A stretch of 17,744 nt of DNA, from NCBI GenBank assembly GCA_013331805.1, contig DUFS01000028.1, positions 1-17,744 of the forward strand. The letters run 5' to 3'. Shown one piece after another: positions 1 to 6,819 of this stretch. Below the pieces are notes generated by a model. It made no database searches. It was given only the letters and a program-made list of their open reading frames with translations, and was not told where the DNA came from. This DNA is from Candidatus Micrarchaeota archaeon (GTDB taxonomy: Archaea > Micrarchaeota > Micrarchaeia > Anstonellales > Anstonellaceae). The stretch's first letter is position 1. Each line of letters starts with the position of its first letter. Made by a program: the position numbers and the translations under genes.

Positions 1-19
1 ATAAAAAAAGGAAGAAGAA
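1..19 (-). terminator. Oligo-T/pyrimidine-rich archaeal terminator after the pilin pair
   Basis: The minus strand reads gttcttcttcctttttttat directly after the stop codon. Confidence 0.5.
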
Positions 20-481
20 CTAGATTACCTTGCCGACCACGTTCTTGGCGCCGTACTGCTTGCCTGCAATGCCATTCGGTGTGGTGTAGGTGATGTTGAC
101 TTGCAGGTCATACACCGACCCAGACGCAGGGCTTGATGCAACGCCAGAGACTGTCACTGTGCGGCTCTCCCCAGGAGCAAAGGTGATGGTGCTAGTGCCA
201 TTGCTGCCTGCCCCGATTGAAATATTGGTCATGCCAATTGACCCTGTTGCGTCGTTGTTCTGCATGATGAGCGTCATTACGCCACCGCTTGTGACCGAGT
301 GCTCGAGGATTGCAAATGGCCTTGCCTCGCCCCTCCAGTAGGAGTTGGACTGGGTTATCCTTGCGTCTGATGCCAGTCCAGGGAAGAAGCCCAGGAGCGC
401 TATTGAAACAAGCGCTATTATCAGCACCACGGCGAGAAGAACCAGGTATTCAGTTGCGCCCTGACCTTTCATGTATCCCAT
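20..481 (-). CDS. Archaeal type IV pilin-like protein (class III signal peptide), copy 1
   Basis: MGYMKG/QGATEYLVLLAVVLIIALV has a basic residue and G at the cleavage site, Q+1, E+5 and a hydrophobic helix. The beta-rich C-domain has N-X-S/T sequons (NIS, NGT, NIT). A G-rich SD-like tract lies upstream of ATG 481; an in-frame ATG at 496 is an alternative start. Confidence 0.88.
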   Translation of the reverse strand: MGYMKGQGATEYLVLLAVVLIIALVSIALLGFFPGLASDARITQSNSYWRGEARPFAILEHSVTSGGVMTLIMQNNDATGSIGMTNISIGAGSNGTSTITFAPGESRTVTVSGVASSPASGSVYDLQVNITYTTPNGIAGKQYGAKNVVGKVI

Positions 482-1008
482 AGACAACCCCCCCATGGAT
501 CGAATTCTCTAAATATACTTGCCAATGATCGTCTTTACGCCATACTGGGTGGAAACCACGCCGTTGGCTGTCCTATATGTCAGGTTCACCTGGAGATCGT
601 AGACTCCGCCCGGGCTGACCGTCGCCCCGCCTATAACGCTGTTAAGCGAAATGGTGTGCTGCTCGCCTGGCGCAAATGTCATTCCCATGGTACCGAGGCC
701 GCCCGCAGTGCTGTCGTTGTAATCCGACCCAACGGTGATATTTGTCAGGATCAGCGGGCCTTGCGCCTCATTATTCTGCACGATCAGCGTGGCAGCGCCA
801 TCGGTTGTGACCGAGTGCTCGAGGATTGCAAATGGCCTTGCCTCGCCCCTCCAGTAGGAGTTGGACTGGGTTATCCTTGCGTCTGATGCCAGTCCAGGGA
901 AGAAGCCCAGGAGCGCTATTGAAACAAGCGCTATTATCAGCACCACGGCGAGAAGAACCAGGTATTCAGTTGCGCCCTGACCTTTCATGTATCCCATAGA
1001 CAACCCCC
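289..1008. repeat. Perfect 204-bp direct repeat (289-492 and 805-1008, offset 516 bp) covering the RBS and 5' part of both pilin genes
   Basis: Base-by-base comparison shows no mismatch from ttgtgaccgagt to tagacaaccccc. Confidence 0.95.
509..997 (-). CDS. Archaeal type IV pilin-like protein (class III signal peptide), copy 2
   Basis: The N-terminal 64 aa are the same as in copy 1. The C-domain is paralogous but divergent (shared QNN, TFAPGE, VYDLQVN.TY, QYG..GK motifs). Confidence 0.88.
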   Translation of the reverse strand: MGYMKGQGATEYLVLLAVVLIIALVSIALLGFFPGLASDARITQSNSYWRGEARPFAILEHSVTTDGAATLIVQNNEAQGPLILTNITVGSDYNDSTAGGLGTMGMTFAPGEQHTISLNSVIGGATVSPGGVYDLQVNLTYRTANGVVSTQYGVKTIIGKYI

Positions 1009-1066
1009 ATTGAAAATCTTATTCGAACTGGACTGCTTTTGCAATGCCAAACTTTCGAGGTTACAA

Positions 1067-1080
1067 TATAAAAACTTTCC
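1067..1080 (-). promoter_or_regulatory. BRE + TATA box of the pilin operon
   Basis: Minus strand GGAAAG-TTTTTATA, about 70 nt upstream of ATG 997. Confidence 0.55.
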
Positions 1081-1132
1081 TGTGTGCTTCGGCGGATGGA
1101 ATTCTGCGCCCATAAACTGGGCAGCCGGCTTT

Positions 1133-2229
1133 TGCTGTGGTGAATGACCCTTCTCGGAGACCATAGCTATTTCTGACTTGCCTCCCAACTCCTTGCCGGG
1201 AGGCAAGGAGGCTTCCTATGAAAGAAAAACCCAAGCCCAAGAGAGATTGGAAGAAATACGAGGCTGAGCTTGACAGGAGAGCCGCCAAGAGAGCAAACTT
1301 CCTGCTCAGGAGGCCAACAAAGGTGCAGCTTGGCAAGGAACTTGCGAAAATGAACAGGGGCAAGAAAGGGAGAGTCTTCGAGATACCGGAATCCGTCATT
1401 GGCTTCTCAATGTTCATCAAGACTTCTTTTGACATGACTGACCGCGACATGGCAAAATTTCTCAAAGGGATTTTTGGCAAGGACATCCCAGTCAAGGAGC
1501 TGGACCACCCCTCAATAGTCAAAAGACGGCAGTATCTGAAGTTTGAGGTTCCTTTTGACATCAGCAATGAGAAGCTCGAAGGAAAAACAATCTACTTTGA
1601 CGGGACCTGCATGCGGCTTGGCAGGGGAGGGAATTACCGAAGCAAGAAGTATGGCACAGAAGTGAAATATCTCAGGATAGGCGTCTTTACTAACGATAAA
1701 TGCAGGGTAATTGACTTTACCATAGGTGATGAACATGACCCTGAAGTTGAGATGATAAGGGAGAAGCTGCCTCAGATTCAGGCGTCTGGCGCAGCTGCAT
1801 TCAACTCCGACGGAATAGGGTCTGCCAAGGACATTGTTGTTGGTCTGACAAAAGCCGGGATAACGCCCATAATCAGGGCTTCCGCGGCAGTGGTTAAAAG
1901 CAAGAGGAACGCCCCTCCGCCTGAGCTTTGCGTTAGAAGGAAGAAAGAGGACGAAATTATCTGGGAGGACTACGCAAAGGCCCAGGCAGATTACCAGAAG
2001 TGGAGGAAGGAAACCGGCTATTCTATGAGGTGGGTTTTCTCAGAAGGCAGGTTTTCTGCCCTCAAGAGAATGCATGGCGAAGAAGTGCTTTGCAGGACTC
2101 AGAAGGCAATCCATGATGAAATCTGCACTAGGCTCATGCTTCTTGAGGGGGAACTACCCCAATTTTGGGCGTAAAGAATTGTTTTGCAGCGTGAGCTGTA
2201 GCTCACGCTCGGATTTGTTCACCACAGCA
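1133..2229 (+). mobile_element. Complete IS5-family (IS903-group-like) insertion sequence, 1097 bp
   Basis: TIRs are TGCTGTGGTGAA (1133-1144) and TTCACCACAGCA (2218-2229). A 9-bp TSD GCCGGCTTT is at 1124-1132 and 2230-2238. The right end read inward (TGCTGTGGTGAACAAATC) resembles the IS903 end as I recall it (GGCTTTGTTGAATAAATC); IS903 also makes 9-bp TSDs. Confidence 0.9.
1218..2174 (+). CDS. DDE transposase, IS5 family
   Basis: N-terminal DWKKYEAELDRR resembles the IS903 NW..YN..L..RG motif. Catalytic candidates are FDGT, SDG and YSMRWVFSE...K (YREK-like). SD AAGGAGG at 1205-1211. Confidence 0.88.
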   Translation: MKEKPKPKRDWKKYEAELDRRAAKRANFLLRRPTKVQLGKELAKMNRGKKGRVFEIPESVIGFSMFIKTSFDMTDRDMAKFLKGIFGKDIPVKELDHPSIVKRRQYLKFEVPFDISNEKLEGKTIYFDGTCMRLGRGGNYRSKKYGTEVKYLRIGVFTNDKCRVIDFTIGDEHDPEVEMIREKLPQIQASGAAAFNSDGIGSAKDIVVGLTKAGITPIIRASAAVVKSKRNAPPPELCVRRKKEDEIIWEDYAKAQADYQKWRKETGYSMRWVFSEGRFSALKRMHGEEVLCRTQKAIHDEICTRLMLLEGELPQFWA

Positions 2230-2283
2230 GCCGGCTTTCGCAAGAGAGGAATGGTTAAAATACAAACCTCCCAAAATGCTGCC

Positions 2284-3555
2284 ATGAAAAAGGAGACATT
2301 TGTACTGGCGCTTTTCCTCCTGTGCGCCGCTCTTCCGCTTGCCCAGGCTGCATTCACTGAGAAACTGACCGTGCAAGTGTATGACCAGCTCTTCCGGCCC
2401 GTAGAGGGGGCTGAAATATACGCCGACTACCAGCTTAATTCCGTCAGCGGCTACACCCGGACCGCGCCCAAGAGCACGAATGTTAGCGGGCAGGTCGAAA
2501 TCGTAATCACCAATTATGAGGAAATCGAAAGCTCGACCAAGTATTCCTATACCCTTTTCGTCAAGTATGGGAACACGGTCAATTCCACAGCGCTTACAGC
2601 GGAAGCCAACCGCACCTCCAATTCCCGGGTGGTCACGCTTAGGGTGCCTGCCTACTTCCTGTTTGTGTATGTGAAGAACCAGAAGGGCTCGCCCCTGAAT
2701 GCGCTAGTCTCCATAGACCAGAAAAAAAGGCAGACCAACCAGGTGGGCCTTGCCCTTTTCCAGGTTCCGCGCGGGAACTTCACAGTCAGGGCTGAGAGCG
2801 CGAACTCGATAGGATCGGCAGTCGTGAGGAACCTGGAATCCGACCAGACGCTTTCCATTGAAGTCGGGATTTACAGCCTCGTTGTATTTGTGGCAGACGA
2901 CAACCGAAATCCGCTGCAGGCCACGGTCGAGGTCGAGGGCTTTTCAGAGGAAACGGACGGGCAGGGGATTGCATCATTTGCTAATCTTTCGATGGAGGCC
3001 CCTTCTGTCATAGTCAAGCACGGCGACAACTTCAGGCGGTTCACCCCCAACCTCCGCGCCAGCCCAAAGCTAGAAGCAGTCTTTGACCTGCACAAGCCCA
3101 TCATCAAGGAGCTGCACGCCACGGTTTCGGATAGCGGAGTGGGCACGATCAGCCTTTTTGTCGAGGATCCCGGCACCCTTGCAACAGGAGTGGAAAGCGT
3201 CTCGGTCACCTATGAGGCGAACGGGGTGGAAAGCAGCGTGCCTGCATACTCGATAGGATACAACAGCTTTGAGGCGAAAATAGCCTCCCAGCTCCCGAAC
3301 ACGCTGGTGAAATACCTGGTCAGGGTCACGGACAGGGAAAGCAATACCGTTTCCGAAGCAGGAACATATATTGTGTCGCCAGACGTACCCGTATCCCCGA
3401 CCAATACGACCAACGGCCTTCCCAAGCTGCCGCCATGGCAGCCGGGAAACCTCCCGACCGAGGCAATAATATTGGGCGTGATCGTTGCGGCAATCATAAT
3501 TTTTGCAGCTGTCTATTACATGGTGAAGATGAGGAGAGTAGCCCCGCCTTCCTGA
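2284..3555 (+). CDS. Secreted, C-terminally membrane-anchored surface protein with tandem beta-sandwich (carboxypeptidase-regulatory-like/Ig-like) domains
   Basis: Signal peptide MKKETFVLALFLLCAALPLAQAA; repeated V.V.D....P..A.V......T...G.A.F units; Pro/Thr linker; TM AIILGVIVAAIIIFAAVYY followed by a basic tail. Start trimmed from 2074, which lies inside the IS. Confidence 0.75.
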   Translation: MKKETFVLALFLLCAALPLAQAAFTEKLTVQVYDQLFRPVEGAEIYADYQLNSVSGYTRTAPKSTNVSGQVEIVITNYEEIESSTKYSYTLFVKYGNTVNSTALTAEANRTSNSRVVTLRVPAYFLFVYVKNQKGSPLNALVSIDQKKRQTNQVGLALFQVPRGNFTVRAESANSIGSAVVRNLESDQTLSIEVGIYSLVVFVADDNRNPLQATVEVEGFSEETDGQGIASFANLSMEAPSVIVKHGDNFRRFTPNLRASPKLEAVFDLHKPIIKELHATVSDSGVGTISLFVEDPGTLATGVESVSVTYEANGVESSVPAYSIGYNSFEAKIASQLPNTLVKYLVRVTDRESNTVSEAGTYIVSPDVPVSPTNTTNGLPKLPPWQPGNLPTEAIILGVIVAAIIIFAAVYYMVKMRRVAPPS

Positions 3556-3694
3556 AGCGCCTGGCATGGATTTGTCTTAAAAATTGCTATTGCCATTATT
3601 AGAATTGCCAAAATAAGAAATGGTGGCGGTCAGATTTCGCTTCTGCGAAATGCCCGCCACCACATTAAAGACTTTTTCTCCTCCTAATCCTCTC

Positions 3695-3800
3695 GCAGGG
3701 GTGGCGGAGCCTGGTTAACGCGCCAGACTCAAGATCCCGCGAAAGCGGTTAAGTAATCTGGTGACTTAGGTCATCGAGAGTTCAAATCTCTCCCCCTGCA
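3695..3800 (+). tRNA. tRNA-Leu(CAA) with a 22-nt intron at canonical position 37/38 (3734-3755)
   Basis: Acceptor GCAGGGG/CCCCTGC plus discriminator A; anticodon stem CCAGA/TCTGG; loop CT-CAA-G|intron|A; variable arm TGAC-TTAG-GTCA; T-arm GAGAG-TTCAAAT-CTCTC. CCA is not encoded. Confidence 0.93.
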
Positions 3801-3890
3801 TTTTCGAGCGTAGCGAGAAAACGCCCAGGACCACTGCGCGAAAGCGCAATAGGGCCTGCATTTTTTATTCTCCCTGCTGAATTGGCTGGC

Positions 3891-4352
3891 ATGGATGATT
3901 TCGCCCACCTTCTGCTCGGCTATTTGCTCTATCGTTTCATGAGACTGTTCGGGGCAAAAATTGGCAGGTTGGAGCTCGCGCTCATCCTTGCTGGTTCTTT
4001 ACTGCCTGATCCGCTCTGGAGCCTGGGGATCGTAAGCTACGCGGCAGCGCACACGCTGACCTATTATTTTGCGGCATGCCTTCCCTTTGCTTTTTTCAGG
4101 AAAACCCGTCTTGCTGCATTGGGCGCTGCAGCCGCAGTCTCCCTCCACATAGTCGCCGATTCGTTCATGCACAAGCGGGCAACCGTTCTTTTTGCGCCTT
4201 TGTCGGACTTTTCGATAATCGGCACTTTCAATTATTATGACAGCTACCTTTCAATCGCTTCTTACTGGCTAGTCCTGCTTTGCCTTTTGGCGCTTTCGCT
4301 CTACCTTGAAAAAAGGAAGTCCGGAAGAATTTCACTGCTCATACCTGGCTGA
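3891..4352 (+). CDS. Membrane-bound metal-dependent hydrolase (YdjM/DUF457-like)
   Basis: Hydrophobic protein with N-terminal His (AHLLLG), GSLLPD, HTL and HIVAD motifs. Confidence 0.7.
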   Translation: MDDFAHLLLGYLLYRFMRLFGAKIGRLELALILAGSLLPDPLWSLGIVSYAAAHTLTYYFAACLPFAFFRKTRLAALGAAAAVSLHIVADSFMHKRATVLFAPLSDFSIIGTFNYYDSYLSIASYWLVLLCLLALSLYLEKRKSGRISLLIPG

Positions 4353-4893
4353 GGAAATTCTGCAGGATTTTCTCCCCGTTTTCCGTGTGCCAGACTTCTG
4401 GGTGGAACTGGACCGAGAATATTTTTCTTTTTGCATTCTCCATTGCCTCCACCCCGCAGGTTTCGGAGTGCGCCAGCCTAACAAATCCCGGGGGCATCGC
4501 AGCCACTTCGTCGAAATGGGATACCCAGGCATTGAAGGATTTCGGCAAACCTGAAAGGAGCACGCCGCCCTCATCCACGACGATTTTTGAAATTCCGTAT
4601 TCTGCGCTCTTTCCCTTGACCACTTTTCCGCCGAGGCTGTGCGCAATGAGCTGGTGGCCGAGGCAGATCCCCAAAATGGGCATGCCTGATTTTTTTATCT
4701 GGTTCGGAATGGAATGGAAATTGTCCTTTGTCACAGATGAGGGGCCGCCCGAGAGGATGATGGCTTCTGCTGATGAAAGCTCTTTTTGAGAAACGTCCTT
4801 GGGCACGATTTTTCCCTCGCGCGAAAGATCCCGCACGCTGCGCCATATAACGTGCGAATACTGGCTTCCCATGTCAACGATGAGGATTGGCAT
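4339..4893 (-). CDS. guaAA: GMP synthase subunit A (glutamine amidotransferase)
   Basis: ILIVDMGSQYSH, ILSGGP, GICLGHQ (catalytic Cys), SHFDEV, VQFHPEV. Start trimmed to MPILIVD. Confidence 0.95.
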   Translation of the reverse strand: MPILIVDMGSQYSHVIWRSVRDLSREGKIVPKDVSQKELSSAEAIILSGGPSSVTKDNFHSIPNQIKKSGMPILGICLGHQLIAHSLGGKVVKGKSAEYGISKIVVDEGGVLLSGLPKSFNAWVSHFDEVAAMPPGFVRLAHSETCGVEAMENAKRKIFSVQFHPEVWHTENGEKILQNFLSQV

Positions 4894-4992
4894 TGCATTC
4901 CCTCTTACCAGGTTGTACGCGACAAGTAATAATAACCTGATTTCAAAGCCGCTCACATTACCTTTATATATACATATTACCACACTATTCAC

Positions 4993-5835
4993 ATGCGCAT
5001 ATATGTTCCAGAGATAGGCAAGAAGGTTAATCTCAGCGCTAAAGAGAAGCGAACGCTCAAACAAAGGCTCTTTGACTTCGGTCATGGTTGCTTCCCTGAG
5101 CCACCGATTATGGGAGGATTTGTCAACCAAAAAAAGCACATTGCCAGAATGAAGGCTGAAGAAGAAAAAATCGTCCTTGAAAAAAAGAGAAAGGAAGCCG
5201 CCGAGGCTGCCGAAAAAGAAAGGAAAACGCCAGCAGCGCTCAGGTTGAGGCTTGAGAATGGGGAAAAACTAACTGTTGAAGAGTACTTGGTTGCAGTATA
5301 TGATGTTGAAGCGCACGTAATGTCATTGGCCATGACTCACCTTTCGAGACTTAAGGATCTGTTCGGGAATTGTACCGGATGTCTCGAAGGGAAGAAAGTT
5401 CTGGACATCGCATGCGGCTCAAGGACAAGCTATACTGATTTCGGCATATTTTCAAAGAAGGGAAACCTAGAGCCATGGCTTTGCAGGGCATTGCACAAAT
5501 GCGGAGCCAGGGCAATAGGAATGGATATTGGAAATAATGATGGCGAGCCGTTTGAGCATCATTGGGCGGATTTAACGGAAAAAGGGACCCTGGGCAGGCT
5601 TTTCGGCAAGACGCATGACTCATCTTTCGATGCAATAGTGGTCAGCATGCTCATTGGCGAATTGTCCCCTATACTTCAGATGATGACCAATGAAGCGAAG
5701 CGGTCTGAGATGAAGAATGAAATATTTGCTGAAGCTGTAAGGCTGCTGAAAGAAGGTGGATGGTTTCTTTATGAATTTGATGCATATAGAAAGGCAAATG
5801 GAAAACTAGTTGCAGATGGAACGCCCAAATACTGA
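4993..5835 (+). CDS. Class I SAM-dependent methyltransferase-domain protein with a K/E-rich N-terminal extension
   Basis: Motif I KKVLDIACGS; AIGMDI; ADL; SFDAIV; RLLKEGGWF. TATA TTTATATA at 4963-4970. Confidence 0.7.
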   Translation: MRIYVPEIGKKVNLSAKEKRTLKQRLFDFGHGCFPEPPIMGGFVNQKKHIARMKAEEEKIVLEKKRKEAAEAAEKERKTPAALRLRLENGEKLTVEEYLVAVYDVEAHVMSLAMTHLSRLKDLFGNCTGCLEGKKVLDIACGSRTSYTDFGIFSKKGNLEPWLCRALHKCGARAIGMDIGNNDGEPFEHHWADLTEKGTLGRLFGKTHDSSFDAIVVSMLIGELSPILQMMTNEAKRSEMKNEIFAEAVRLLKEGGWFLYEFDAYRKANGKLVADGTPKY

Positions 5836-5851
5836 GTGCCTCTTTCCCCGT

Positions 5852-6808
5852 TTACTCAAGCTCGACCGTGGCGGGAGGCTTGTTCGTTATGTCGTAAAGC
5901 ACCCTGCCCACGCTTCGGATTTCGTTCGTGATCCTGGTTGAGATTTTCTGCAGCACTTCTGGAGATATGTGCGAGAAGTTGGCGGTCATGCCGTCAAGCG
6001 AGCGGACCGAGCGGACCACGACCGTGTACTGGTAGGACCGCTCGTCTCCCCTCACGCCAACGGTCTTGGTGGGGAGGAGCGCTGCGAAATACTGCCAGGG
6101 CATGTCGATTTTCCCATCATGAGCGGCCGATTCCAGCTCCTCTTCGACTATTGCGCAAGCCTCGCGGACTATCGCCGCTTTTTCAGGGGTTATTTCCCCG
6201 ACTATCCTCACTGCAAGGCCAGGGCCTGGGAAGGGCTGGCGCTCAGCAATATCAAAAGGAAGCTTGAGTGCGCGGGCGACTATCCTCACCTCGTGCTTGT
6301 ACAGGTCACGCAGCGGCTCGCACAGCTTCATGCGCATCTTTTCAGGCAAGCCCCCGACATTGTGGTGCGACTTTATCCTGTCGCGGCTTCCCCCGCCGCT
6401 TTCTATCCAGTCCGGCGCGATCGTCCCCTGCACCAAATAAGAGGCGCCCCACTTTTTCGCCTCTGACTCGAAAACACGGATGAATTTTTCGCCGATTATC
6501 TTGCGCTTGCTCTCAGGCTCCTCTTCTCCCTTGAGCGCTGAAAAGAAAATCCTGGCTGCATCGACAACAGCGAGGCTGACTTTTGCCTTTTTCATGGCTG
6601 CTTTTACCTTTGCCGCCTCGTCCTTGCGCATGAGCCCTGTGTCCACGAAAACACAGCGGATGCTGCCGCCAAGCGCCCGCGAAGCCAAAACAGCAGCAAC
6701 CGAGGAATCCACCCCTCCCGACACCGCCATGATCGCCTTCCTGCTTCCGATTTCCTGCCTTATCTTCAGTATGGACTTCTCTATGAAACTGTGCGCGTCA
6801 AATGACAT
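5852..6808 (-). CDS. guaAB: GMP synthase subunit B (ATP pyrophosphatase)
   Basis: PP-loop SGGVDSS, FVDTGLMR, QGTIAPDWIES, IKSHHNVGG, PFPGPGLAVR, YDITNKPPATVELE. Confidence 0.97.
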   Translation of the reverse strand: MSFDAHSFIEKSILKIRQEIGSRKAIMAVSGGVDSSVAAVLASRALGGSIRCVFVDTGLMRKDEAAKVKAAMKKAKVSLAVVDAARIFFSALKGEEEPESKRKIIGEKFIRVFESEAKKWGASYLVQGTIAPDWIESGGGSRDRIKSHHNVGGLPEKMRMKLCEPLRDLYKHEVRIVARALKLPFDIAERQPFPGPGLAVRIVGEITPEKAAIVREACAIVEEELESAAHDGKIDMPWQYFAALLPTKTVGVRGDERSYQYTVVVRSVRSLDGMTANFSHISPEVLQKISTRITNEIRSVGRVLYDITNKPPATVELE

Positions 6809-6819
6809 TTCAAGACACC

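Noticed and set aside
20..1010. DGR or invertase shufflon as the explanation for the pilin pair
   Set aside because: No reverse transcriptase or site-specific recombinase is in the window, the repeats are direct rather than inverted, and the differences are not adenine-specific.
2074..2283. N-terminal extension of the 493-aa ORF, suggesting an IS-host fusion protein
   Set aside because: It runs through the transposase 3' end and TIR. A clean signal peptide starts at ATG 2284, so the open frame is probably chance.
3621..3866. Split or permuted tRNA, or a second intron at the tRNA 3' end
   Set aside because: The tRNA-Leu folds completely with one intron. The upstream hairpin lacks D and T arms, and the downstream copy matches only the last 6 nt of the tRNA.
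4894..5139. Long N-terminal extension of GuaAA
   Set aside because: It overlaps the promoter region and the opposite-strand gene; family homology starts at MPILIVD.
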